Of a stretch of 64,000 bases of DNA, positions 49,924 through 59,221 are shown piece after piece. Origin of the DNA: Myxococcales bacterium. Lineage in GTDB: Bacteria; Myxococcota_A; Polyangia; Polyangiales; DASUME01. A program made the translations under genes and the position numbers. Below the pieces are notes generated by a model, which was given only the letters and a program-made list of their open reading frames with translations, ran no database searches and was not told the origin of the DNA. Location: contig JASGJH010000001.1 in assembly GCA_047601445.1 (NCBI GenBank), positions 4,192,001 through 4,256,000 of the forward strand, given 5' to 3'. The first letter of the stretch is position 1. Each line of letters opens with the position of its first letter.

Positions 49924-51567
49924 TCAAGCGGCGTGAGTGGGATGGGTCGGTGGGATCCATGACTCCCCCCGCTGCATCACGCTCGCTTGGTCGTCCGCTA
50001 CGCGGCTGGGGCTGGATAGCGGAGCGGCCAGCTTTTCGCGCACGAAGCGATCGAGCGCCTGAATGTCTTCGGCGCTCACGCGCAGGCCGAGCTTGGAACG
50101 GCGCCACAGGACGTCTTCGGCGCTACGCGCCCACTCCTGCTCCAGCAAGAACTCCACTTCACGCTGATACAGGCCGGCGCCGAAGTGTTTGCCGAGATCC
50201 GCTAGGGCATGGCAGCCCTGCAGCAGTGCGTGCACACGCGTGCCGTATGCGTTGCCGAGTCGAGCGGCGAGATCGTCCGGCAACCAGCCGTATTGGCGCT
50301 TGAGACTTGTTAGCCAGTCGCCAAAATCGTCGCCGCCGATGTCGCCACCAGGCAGCGTCCCGGTGCGAGTCCAGCTACCCGTCATGTGCGGGAAGTAGGG
50401 CTGCAACGCATGCAGGGCCGCTTCTGCGAGTCGACGGTAGGTGGTGAGCTTCCCGCCGAAGACGTGCAGCACCGGCAGCTCGCCCTGCTCGTCTACGCCG
50501 ACCTCCAACGTGTAGTCTCGGGTCATCGCAGACGGCGAGGCAGACTCGTCGTCACACAGCGGGCGCACGCCCGAGTAGCGCCACAAGATGTCCTCGCGCC
50601 CGAGCTGCCGCTTGAAGTGCCGGTTGTAGACATCCAGCAGGTACTGCTCTTCCTCGGCGTCCATCGCCACCTGCGCGGGATCGCCCTCATATACTTTGTC
50701 CGTGGTGCCTACCAGCGTGAAGTCACGGTTGTAAGGGATCACGAAGACGATGCGCTGATCTTCGTTTTGCAGGATGTACGCCTGATCGCCCTCGTACACC
50801 TTGCGGGTCACGAAGTGGCTGCCCTTGATCAAGCGGACCGTGCGCGGCGACTTGGTCTTCATCTGTTGTTCGACCAGCTTCTGCGCCCAGGGTCCGGCGG
50901 CGTTCACCAGGCCGCGCGCGAACACCTCGAAGCGGCGACCGGTCAGCAACTCCTCCAGCTCGATGCGCCACAGCCCGTTCTCACGCGTGGCGCCGATGCA
51001 GCGCGTGCGCACCATGATGCGCGCGCCGCGCTCCTGGGCGCCGAGCGCATTGCTCACCACCAATCGGGCGTCATCCACCTGGCAGTCGGAGTATTCGAAG
51101 CCACGACCGATCGATTCGCTCAATGGGTTGTCGCGGGCGGCAGGGTCCAGCTTGCGACCGGCCGAGCCTGCCAACTTGTTGCGGCTGCTCAAGTGGTCAT
51201 ACATGAAGAGGCCGATGCGGATCATCCACGCCGGACGCAGGTGAGGACGGTGCGGCAGGATGAAGCGCAGCGGTTTGATCAGATGCGGCGCCGTACTCAG
51301 GAGCACCTCGCGCTCTGCCAGCGCCTCGCGCACCAGTCGAAACTCGTAGTGCTCCAGATAGCGTAGGCCGCCGTGAATCAGCTTGCTGCTGGCGGACGAC
51401 GTGGCGCTGGCCAGGTCCGCTTGTTCGCACAGAGCCACCGACAGGCCGCGGCCGCTGGCATCCAGCGCAATCCCCGTTCCGTTGATGCCGCCACCGATGA
51501 CGAATAGATCGTAAACGTTTGAATTTGTGGTCTTTTCTATCGCGGACGTGGACTGAACGTGGCGCAT
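49924..51567 (-). CDS. glpD: Aerobic FAD-dependent glycerol-3-phosphate dehydrogenase
   Basis: IGGGINGTGIA, ATSSASSKLIHGGLRYLEHYEFRLVREAL, NAAGPW, GVRPL, GGKLTTYR. Confidence 0.97.
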   Translation of the reverse strand: MRHVQSTSAIEKTTNSNVYDLFVIGGGINGTGIALDASGRGLSVALCEQADLASATSSASSKLIHGGLRYLEHYEFRLVREALAEREVLLSTAPHLIKPLRFILPHRPHLRPAWMIRIGLFMYDHLSSRNKLAGSAGRKLDPAARDNPLSESIGRGFEYSDCQVDDARLVVSNALGAQERGARIMVRTRCIGATRENGLWRIELEELLTGRRFEVFARGLVNAAGPWAQKLVEQQMKTKSPRTVRLIKGSHFVTRKVYEGDQAYILQNEDQRIVFVIPYNRDFTLVGTTDKVYEGDPAQVAMDAEEEQYLLDVYNRHFKRQLGREDILWRYSGVRPLCDDESASPSAMTRDYTLEVGVDEQGELPVLHVFGGKLTTYRRLAEAALHALQPYFPHMTGSWTRTGTLPGGDIGGDDFGDWLTSLKRQYGWLPDDLAARLGNAYGTRVHALLQGCHALADLGKHFGAGLYQREVEFLLEQEWARSAEDVLWRRSKLGLRVSAEDIQALDRFVREKLAAPLSSPSRVADDQASVMQRGESWIPPTHPTHAA

Positions 51568-51604
51568 GGGACGGCTTTCCGTTGCTGGACTCCAGTAAGC
51601 CTTA

Positions 51605-51735
51605 CGCATTTTCGCAATCGATGCAAAACGAACATTTTCGAAAATCGAATCGGCGATAACGAACATTCTGGACGCACTCGTCCTCGGACACCCCCTCTTG
51701 AACAAGCGGTGTGTTCGATTTCAAGTATTTGAAAA
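51605..51735. promoter_or_regulatory. GlpR-type operator half-sites in the AT-rich glpD promoter
   Basis: CGAACAT at 51629-51635 and 51660-51666, TGTTCG at about 51712, CATTTTCG at 51607 and 51633; these resemble the known TGTTCG-N-CGAACA GlpR consensus. Confidence 0.65.
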
Positions 51736-51738
51736 CGC

Positions 51739-52554
51739 TCAGGTATCGTCCTCGACGTCGGACTCGAGCGCGCGCTCCCCCTCGATGGCGACCAGCGTCT
51801 GGACGCCCTTGTCACGAAGCAGAGCGCGAAAGTGCGGCTCCGGCTCGGCGTCCGTCACCAACACGTGGATGTCGCTGAGGTCACCCAGTCGGTTCATGGC
51901 CTGACGGCCGAACTTGGTGTGGTCGCAAGCCAACACCACTTGGCGCGAGTTGCGGATCAGGGCCTGGGCGACACGGACCTCCTGGTAGTCGAAGTCCAAC
52001 AAGGAGCCCTCTTCATCGATGCCCGAGATTCCGATGATGGCGTAGTCCACGCGGAACTGCTGCACGAAGTCCACAGTGGCCTCGCCGATGATGCCGCCAT
52101 CACGGCTGCGCACCTTGCCGCCGGCGATGATGACATCGAAGTCCTCCTTGCCACTGACGATCGCCGCCACATGCAGGTTGTTGGTAACGATCTTGAGTCC
52201 GCTGTGGCTCAGCAGCTCGTGCGCGATCGCCTCATTGGTCGTGCCAATGTTGATGAACAACGAGGCGTGATCCGGGATGTGCCGCGCGACCTCCCGCGCA
52301 ATGCGAGCCTTCTCGGACGACTGCAGGTGCTTGCGCTTGGTGTACTCGGTGTTCAGGGTGCTGGGCGACGCTGCGCCGGCCCCACCATGAAAGCGCCGCA
52401 CCCGGTTTTCGCTGGCGAGTGCATTGATGTCACGACGGATGGTCTGCTGAGTGACGTCGAAGTGAGTGGCCAGGTCGTCGATGGACATGAAGCCGCGACT
52501 GCTGACCAACTCCACGATCTCTTCGAGGCGCGCCGGCTGAGAAAGATTCCCCAT
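51739..52554 (-). CDS. glpR: DeoR-family glycerol-3-phosphate regulon repressor
   Basis: FDVTQQTIRRD, RFHGGA, SLFINIGTTNE, RDGGIIGEAT, LLDFDYQEV; adjacent to glpD. Confidence 0.94.
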   Translation of the reverse strand: MGNLSQPARLEEIVELVSSRGFMSIDDLATHFDVTQQTIRRDINALASENRVRRFHGGAGAASPSTLNTEYTKRKHLQSSEKARIAREVARHIPDHASLFINIGTTNEAIAHELLSHSGLKIVTNNLHVAAIVSGKEDFDVIIAGGKVRSRDGGIIGEATVDFVQQFRVDYAIIGISGIDEEGSLLDFDYQEVRVAQALIRNSRQVVLACDHTKFGRQAMNRLGDLSDIHVLVTDAEPEPHFRALLRDKGVQTLVAIEGERALESDVEDDT

Positions 52555-52670
52555 ATTGACTTCGCGTAAGCTTCAGCTCCGGGATCGAAATGACCGGGAA
52601 CCCATACTCTGCCATGCGCGCATTTCCTGTCCAAGGGATTGGCCGCGTGGACAGAGAGGACACCGTGCGC

Positions 52671-54065
52671 TCAAGGGACGGGTAGCGACGAGCCCGGTTT
52701 ACCCCAGGCCTCCGTGTCGCTGACCCACGGCACCTCGATGCGCATGAGGCTGAGGTTCGTGGCAGGAGCGTCCAGCGCCCCGTCGCTCGGGTAGGCAAGG
52801 GCCGCGATCACGACGCCCGGCTGTGGCACCACGAGGTCGGTGATGCTCGAGCTTCCCACATTCAGTCTGAAATTCTGCACGTCGAGCAACGCGCAATTGG
52901 CCGTGAACTCACTCGCGGTGAGAGACATCCGGCACAGGACCCAGGTGTTGAAGGAGGATTCATAGGCGCTCAAGACCGCATAGATGTCGCCGTTGCTGTC
53001 GGTGTCCATCGCCAGCATGCGCAGGTCGCGGGAGATGTTGCCGTTGACCGAACCGCTGAGGTCCCAGACGTAGTGGTAGCTGCCGTCGGGCCCGAGGGAG
53101 AGAAACTGCAGGGCGCCACTCTGGCTAGCGACCTGGCTGCCGAGGATCACGCCACCGTCCTTACGCGGTTCCATGAGAACTCGTGGCTCGACGAACTTGA
53201 AGGGTACATTCCAGCTGACCGTGCCGCCCGCGTCGAGAGCCGTGAGCCCCCAGTGATCGCCCGCTTCGGGCGTACCCTTTTCGCCGCGCAGCGGGACCAA
53301 GATCGCGGTGGTGTCATTGAACTGTGCCGCGCCGCGATCGAGTGCGGTGAGATCCTGCTCCGAGTAGGCGAGCGCGGGCTTGTCATGCAACTCGTCCTGC
53401 CTCCAGACCAGCTTGCCCGCAGCGTCGAACTCGAAGGCGGTGGTGGTCTCCTGGTCGGCGCGAAGCGCGCGGACGTGCCCCTGCGACGTGGCTGCAAAGA
53501 AGCCCTTCGAGGATGGAGAGAACTCGGCGAGTGGGACCTCGACCGGGGAGCCGTCGGCCCGAACCTGCAGGAAGAACGCACGACCGGCTTTGATCAGAGG
53601 CCCGACGTAGGGACTCAACTTGCCGTCCACCGAAAGCTGCGCACCGAGATCCGTACCGACCTGGCTCTCGTAGGTCCGCACGATGGATCCGTCCGCGGCC
53701 ACCAAGGATAGTTTCTGGATGCTCCCCTCGAATCTCGTGAGCCATGTCTGGCCGTCGGGAGCGAGCTCGAGTTGCGCATTGCTGCATCCCCCGGGACAGG
53801 GGACGTCGACGGTCCACGAGATCGGGAGTGTGGGGTCGAGCGTAGGTCCGTTCTCGTTGCTGACCTCGAACCAGATCGAGCCGCGAACCCCCGCGGCGTC
53901 GACGAAGTTCCCCGTGCTCGCGGTGTCCATTCGTGCTTGCGCCACGTAGTCGCAGGCCATCGCACCTCCCGCGCAGGCGTGTTCGCCGAGCACGTTGTCT
54001 CCGCACGCGCCGAGCACGAGAGAGCCGGTTAGCCAGGTCGTCCACACGAGGTTTGCTTGCTTCAT
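52671..54065 (-). CDS. Hypothetical lipoprotein, probable beta-propeller
   Basis: LGAC lipobox; FDAAGKLVW and LDAGGTVSW repeats. Confidence 0.7.
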   Translation of the reverse strand: MKQANLVWTTWLTGSLVLGACGDNVLGEHACAGGAMACDYVAQARMDTASTGNFVDAAGVRGSIWFEVSNENGPTLDPTLPISWTVDVPCPGGCSNAQLELAPDGQTWLTRFEGSIQKLSLVAADGSIVRTYESQVGTDLGAQLSVDGKLSPYVGPLIKAGRAFFLQVRADGSPVEVPLAEFSPSSKGFFAATSQGHVRALRADQETTTAFEFDAAGKLVWRQDELHDKPALAYSEQDLTALDRGAAQFNDTTAILVPLRGEKGTPEAGDHWGLTALDAGGTVSWNVPFKFVEPRVLMEPRKDGGVILGSQVASQSGALQFLSLGPDGSYHYVWDLSGSVNGNISRDLRMLAMDTDSNGDIYAVLSAYESSFNTWVLCRMSLTASEFTANCALLDVQNFRLNVGSSSITDLVVPQPGVVIAALAYPSDGALDAPATNLSLMRIEVPWVSDTEAWGKPGSSLPVP

Positions 54066-54113
54066 TGGTTCACGCTCCAACCCTTCGTGACGCGGCGCTC
54101 GCGTCCTTCCGAA

Positions 54114-54854
54114 TCAAAGTTCCCTTTTTTCGAGCAACGCCTGCAGCCGGGGTGCGTGGACCGACTGCGGGAAGTCCCGCGAGAACTGCTTGGACCTGCG
54201 CTCGGCCTCGTCCCGCTGCCGCAGCTTCAACAGCGCCTCGACCGCGAGGAGCTCACGCTCCTGCGCCAGCACGCCGGACGGATAGCGGCTTTGGTGCTCG
54301 TTCGCCAACGCGAGCGCTCGCTCGGGATTGGCCGGCATCACGCGACGAGCACGCCCCAACAAATCCAATTCACTCGCGACGTCGACGACGGCCGGGGCCT
54401 CCGGCGCGGCCACGGGCTCCACCAGCTTGCTCTGCCTCGCGCGCCCCCTCGGCGAAGGGGGAGTCTCGGCCGAGGGGGCGCGTGCCGCGGGTCGCAAGGG
54501 GGTGGCGTCCGACGTGGGAGACTCCGCCGGGGGAGCGGGGAGCGTTGCCTCATCGGGAGAGCGAGAGGTGCGCGAGTCCAGGCTCGGCGCTGCCGGCGGA
54601 AGCTCGCTTTCGGAGTGCCAGCGCCAGGCAGAGAAGGCCCCAAGCGTGAGCGTGAGAGCGATCAAGTAGCCCCATGGACGGCGCACGGAACCCCGTGCCT
54701 CGGGTGGCGACGCGGAGTTGACTGCGACTCCGTCCGAGGCGCGGGCGACCATGCGAGCCACTTGCGCTGCCACTGGCCCATTCGCCCGGTAGGCTCGTTT
54801 CGCGTCTTCGAAGAGGACGGGGGCGTCGTCCCAAGGTTCCAGCTCGGCGGTCAT
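54114..54854 (-). CDS. Putative anti-sigma factor (single TM, Pro-rich linker, C-terminal TPR-like domain)
   Basis: ATGA overlap with the sigma gene; TM WGYLIALTLTLGAFSAW; ELDLLGRAR...ALALANEHQSRYPSGVLAQERE. Confidence 0.72.
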   Translation of the reverse strand: MTAELEPWDDAPVLFEDAKRAYRANGPVAAQVARMVARASDGVAVNSASPPEARGSVRRPWGYLIALTLTLGAFSAWRWHSESELPPAAPSLDSRTSRSPDEATLPAPPAESPTSDATPLRPAARAPSAETPPSPRGRARQSKLVEPVAAPEAPAVVDVASELDLLGRARRVMPANPERALALANEHQSRYPSGVLAQERELLAVEALLKLRQRDEAERRSKQFSRDFPQSVHAPRLQALLEKREL

Positions 54855-55436
54855 GGCGACTCCTTGGGCCGTCGCAAGAATGACTCGACCGCGTGCTCGT
54901 CGAGCCTCTTGAGGCGACTTCCCGCGACGCGAATCGTCTCGCGCGCTGCTTGCACCCGGTAGTGCACCGTGTTGACCGGTGCGTTCACCGCCGCCGCCAC
55001 CTCGGCCAGTGTCATCTCTTCGAGCTCGTACAGCACGAAGGCCTCCCGCTTGTCCTCATCGAGCTGGGCAAGCACCGCCTCGAGCCAGGCCAGTGAGCGA
55101 CGAGCCGTCACCTCGAGTTCCGGGGTCCGCGCGTCGCTGGCCAGCTCGGAGCTCTGTGCCGCGGACGAGAATCGACTGCCCGCGGCCCTGCGCTGGGCCA
55201 GCGCGGTGCGGCGGGCGATCTCGTAGATCCAGGTGCGCAGGCTCGCACGGCCCTCGAAGTCGGGGAGTCGACGATAGACCACCAGAAAGACCTCCTGGCA
55301 GGTGTCCTCGAGGTCCGCTTCACGCACACCAAAGCGGCGCAGCGCACGCCAAACGAAGTCGGCGTGGGTTGCAAACAGCTCCTGAAACGTGGCGTTGGGG
55401 GAAGGGGTCGACAGGTTGAAAAGCTCCGGCCGCCAT
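54851..55436 (-). CDS. ECF sigma-70 factor; start anomalous (frameshifted ATG at 55436 or CTG at 55414)
   Basis: FQELFATHADFVWRALRRFGV...EDTCQEVFLVV...FEGRASLRTWIYEIARR; LDEDKREAFVLYELEEMTLAEVA. Confidence 0.85.
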
Positions 55437-55465
55437 GGGTGCCTGCAGCTGGCTCGTTTTCCGAA

Positions 55466-56551
55466 TTAAAATTCGTAGCTCGGCCCGAGCAGCCCCATCA
55501 CCCCGAAGCGCTCCGGCGCAAGCACGGCCTGCTTTTCCCCCAAAGGCTCCGCAACGACGAAGGGTTTATCACTGAACCGGGCGCGCCCGTCGAGCTCGAG
55601 GAAGACCCCCCAGCCCCGTGCGATGACCACGTTGGCCCCCAGACCGAAGCGCAGGTCCACCTCCCAGATGTCCGCCCGATGGTTCACATCGAACCCCTTA
55701 CCGCTGGCCTCCAGGCGCGTGAGGAGTGGCCCGACACAGGCGCGCAAGCGCATCCGCGAAAGCGGCAGCGAGGGACACAGGGCGACGCCGAGCTGATAGG
55801 CCCGGGTGGTCGCCGTGCCTCCCTCCAAGGCGTGCTCTGACGTGCTCAGGAACAGCTGGCCATCGCCGAGCAGGCTCAGGTAGCGCTGCACGTTCACCCC
55901 AAATGCGATACCGAGGCCAGGCATCGCGGTCGGAAGCGTGCCGCCCAGGACCGCGGCGCCCACGACGACGAGCGAACGCGGGGGAGCCACAGGGGCAGCC
56001 TGGACAGGGGCTGGAGATCTTGCGGGGGACGTCGCGGGCGAGGTCCCAGCAGAGGTTTCGGCAGCGGGGGCGCTGTCTGCCTCAGGAGGGGTCGTTGGGC
56101 TTGCGCTCAGCTCGTCGAGCAACGTCTCCTCGGGGGGACGCTCCTGTGCAAACTCCGCGGCAAGTTCAGGGGGAAGCCCCTGCAAGCTCGCGCTGGGATC
56201 GATCGTGAGTGCGATGACGAAGGCCACCGTCGCGTCGAGCGCGCGGCAATCCGCGCCCGCACTCACCAAAACCCGCTCCTGCGACGGCGGACCTCCTGCC
56301 CGGCTCAAGGTCAGGCGCACCCGATAGTGCTCCCCTTCTCGTGTGATCACCCCTTCGATCGCCGTCTCGGCTTCGGCAGGCGACCCCAGCGTGCCCCCAA
56401 TCAGCGCTTCGACGCGCCGGGCCAAGCTGTGCGGGTCGATGCAAGCCTCGGCCCCTTGCATGCGCACCCAGTGGAGTCCGAAGGAGGCCGACGCAACGCT
56501 CGGTGCGAGGCAGAACCATCCCCAGAGAAGCCACGAAATGCTGGCGCGCAC
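55466..56551 (-). CDS. Exported protein: Cys-pair N-domain, Pro/Ala linker, probable C-terminal beta-barrel
   Basis: Signal-like ASA; amphipathic strands; ends LLGPSYEF; start uncertain. Confidence 0.68.
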   Translation of the reverse strand: MRASISWLLWGWFCLAPSVASASFGLHWVRMQGAEACIDPHSLARRVEALIGGTLGSPAEAETAIEGVITREGEHYRVRLTLSRAGGPPSQERVLVSAGADCRALDATVAFVIALTIDPSASLQGLPPELAAEFAQERPPEETLLDELSASPTTPPEADSAPAAETSAGTSPATSPARSPAPVQAAPVAPPRSLVVVGAAVLGGTLPTAMPGLGIAFGVNVQRYLSLLGDGQLFLSTSEHALEGGTATTRAYQLGVALCPSLPLSRMRLRACVGPLLTRLEASGKGFDVNHRADIWEVDLRFGLGANVVIARGWGVFLELDGRARFSDKPFVVAEPLGEKQAVLAPERFGVMGLLGPSYEF

Positions 56552-56686
56552 TGGGCGGAGGCTAGCAGATGTGCCTGAGCTCGCGATCCCCTTGCGAAGC
56601 TCGATTGCTCTCGCTGCCAAGGCCCACGGTGGACGGGCCGGACACTCAACCTTGCATGCGCAAGACCGAACAGCAGACTGGCCGCA

Positions 56687-58141
56687 ATGAAAACGTTCGG
56701 GACGAGGAGGGAAGCCATCGTTCTCGCGATGATCGTGCTCCTTGGCATGGGGCTGCGCTTCTACCAACTCGGCGCTCAGTCGCTCTGGTTCGATGAGCTC
56801 TTCAGTCGCAGGGCCGCACTGGCCCCGACACTTTGGGCCGCCATCGAACGCGGCTCGATCAAGGACATGTTCCCACCGATCTATCCAGCGATCGCGTATG
56901 AGGCAGTGCGCCTCCCGCTCGGCCCAGAAGCCGCGCTGCGGCTGCCTTCTGCTGTGGGCGGCGTGCTCGCTATCTTCGCGACCTATCTACTTGGGCAGGT
57001 TTTGGTGTCGGTTCGAGTGGGGCTCATCGCCGCCGCTTGCATGGCTTGCCACTGGTTTGCCGTTTCATACAGCCAGGAAGGTCGCCCGTACGCCCTACTG
57101 CTCTTCGTCGCCAGCGTCACCTCTTACCTTGCGATTCAGCTGGTACGTGCTCACCGAGCTGGCCGTTCGACACGGGGCTGGCTGCTTGCACTTGGCGCCT
57201 GGGGCCTCGTCGCTTGCTACTTCCACTACGCGGGTCTGGTTTTCTTCGCCCTCTCCGGCGCCGTGCTCCTCGCTGCGGGCCGCCGTCAGCTGGCGCCGGT
57301 GCGAGCGGTCTTTCTCACCTATCTGGCGGTGGGGCTCGCGTTCTTGCCGTGGGTGTCCGTCGTCCTCGCGCAGATCGGACGTCGCTTGACGAACCAGACG
57401 CCACCTCGGCTCTCTCACGTCATGAGAACGTTCTCGCTCCTCTGCGCCACCCATCCTGGCTGGATGGTCTTGCTCGTGGCCGCGGGCATGTGGGCATCCC
57501 ATCAACATGTGAAGAGCACCCCCACGATCGACTCGGTGGAGGAGCGGCGATACCAGTCGCGAACCTTTCTCACCGTGGTGGGCCTCTGGATCGTGCTCAC
57601 CACTACGGCCATCTGGATCTTTTCGCACGCGGTGGTGCCGATCTACACCCATCGCAACATGATCATGGTGCTTCCCGCATGCGTGCTCTTGTTCTCCTGG
57701 GCGGCCAACAACATCGACCTGAGGTGGTTCAACGGGCGACCCGTAGCCGCCGTCATGCTCGTGGCCGGCTTGCTCTTCGACTTGCTCGTGGTGAAGAGCA
57801 CCTACGCAGAGGCGAGGAAGGAACCGTTCCGCCAGATCACCGAGATCATCGCCAAGGAGTCGGCGAAGCTCGAACCTGATAGAGTCGCGGTGTGGGCTCA
57901 GCCGGCGTGGGTAGGCCCCTTCCTCAACGAGTACTTCGAACTGCAAGGCACGGCAGTTCGATTCCACCCTTCGCTAGTCAACCAACCGGAGCTGCAGTGG
58001 ATCGTCACACGGGACGCGCCGCTGGCGCCGCCAGCGGGCTGTGTTCCGCAGGAGATCCTCCGGCACGAGCCCGATCGACGCATCCCATGGCCCGGCCGGC
58101 CGATGGCTCTCTATCGTTGTGCGTCGGAGAGTTCGCCGTGA
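56687..58141 (+). CDS. GT-C fold glycosyltransferase (GT39/PMT/ArnT-like)
   Basis: LRFYQLGAQSLWFDE, PPIY, LRLPSA, YSQEGRPYAL, YFHY; many TM helices. Confidence 0.88.
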   Translation: MKTFGTRREAIVLAMIVLLGMGLRFYQLGAQSLWFDELFSRRAALAPTLWAAIERGSIKDMFPPIYPAIAYEAVRLPLGPEAALRLPSAVGGVLAIFATYLLGQVLVSVRVGLIAAACMACHWFAVSYSQEGRPYALLLFVASVTSYLAIQLVRAHRAGRSTRGWLLALGAWGLVACYFHYAGLVFFALSGAVLLAAGRRQLAPVRAVFLTYLAVGLAFLPWVSVVLAQIGRRLTNQTPPRLSHVMRTFSLLCATHPGWMVLLVAAGMWASHQHVKSTPTIDSVEERRYQSRTFLTVVGLWIVLTTTAIWIFSHAVVPIYTHRNMIMVLPACVLLFSWAANNIDLRWFNGRPVAAVMLVAGLLFDLLVVKSTYAEARKEPFRQITEIIAKESAKLEPDRVAVWAQPAWVGPFLNEYFELQGTAVRFHPSLVNQPELQWIVTRDAPLAPPAGCVPQEILRHEPDRRIPWPGRPMALYRCASESSP

Positions 58142-58414
58142 GTTGGACTGCGGTCCAGGAACTCAACGAGAGGCTACGGAATGCGAAACGGCCTCTCCGG
58201 GAGATGGTGCGGGCAAGTGCTTCGTCACTACTTGCGAGGGCTACGCCTATGCGTATCCCTTGGGCGCGTCAAGGCCACGCAGGGGTGAGTGACGCCGGCC
58301 GGCATCGAAAGTGACTCCATGCCTCGACGGAATTCCGCTTGAAAAATGACCAGAACTGGATTTACGCGGCTCCACTTAGACTCAGTGCTCGCTCGCTAGA
58401 GCAAGGAGCATTGC

Positions 58415-59123
58415 ATGAGCAAGGACAGCCTGGTCGCCACAGCCTTCGTCGAGTCACTCGGCTCGAGCAGCAACACGTACAAGCCACGCGGGACCGTCAG
58501 GGCCGTCGTCATCCACACGACTGGCAATGGTCCCCTCAAGCGTTGGCGTGACGAGCAGGGCGTTCCCGGCAAGGCCCAGGACACGCCCTTTCTCACGGCG
58601 GTGCACCGAACCTATCGCAAGATCAACGTGAACGGCCCCCACTACGTGGTGGGTCAACAAGGTGAGTGCATCCAGAATCTGCAGCGAAAAGCTCGGTGCG
58701 TTTCACGTGGGCACCAAGGGCGGAGATGCCTACGAGCACGAAGACTGGCTCGAGGTGAAGTACGAGTGGTGGGCCGAGCGCTGGCCGGGGTTCAGCTCTC
58801 CGCGTGACCTCGCCGGCGGCAGACTCTGGGATCACCAATCGTGCAACGCCAACACCATCGGGATCGAAGTCGTACCGCCGTTCGACGACGCAGCGGAGGC
58901 TTGGTCACCAGCTTGTTGGGCAACGCTGCGGAACCTCGTCCTCGACATCACCTCGCGTCACGGAATCCCCATGAAGCGGGAATACGTAGTCACCCACTCG
59001 GACGCCCATCCCGTTGCGCGGACCAACGACAAGGGAAATCCCTGGGATCCCGGCGTGCGACAATGGGCCGGTTGGCCCAGCAGCTGGACCGTCGTTGCAC
59101 CGGAGCCAGCCGCGGTGGGTTAG
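58415..59123 (+). pseudogene. N-acetylmuramoyl-L-alanine amidase (Amidase_2) interrupted by one extra base at about 58676
   Basis: AAGGAG RBS; VVIHTT and PHYVVGQQGECIQ in one frame, then AFHVG, NANTIGIEV, VVTHSD, WDPG in the next; junction CAG A ATC. Confidence 0.82.
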
Positions 59124-59221
59124 GGACTCGGGGTCAGTCAAGACCGACGGCAAGTTCGTCGAGCGACCCGTGTCGCTGACGGTCCCTGGGCGGAAGTCGC
59201 GCGGGACGTGGTGGGCGTCGA

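Noticed and set aside
58142..59221. Prophage remnant around the amidase
   Set aside because: No holin, integrase, structural genes or att-like repeats nearby
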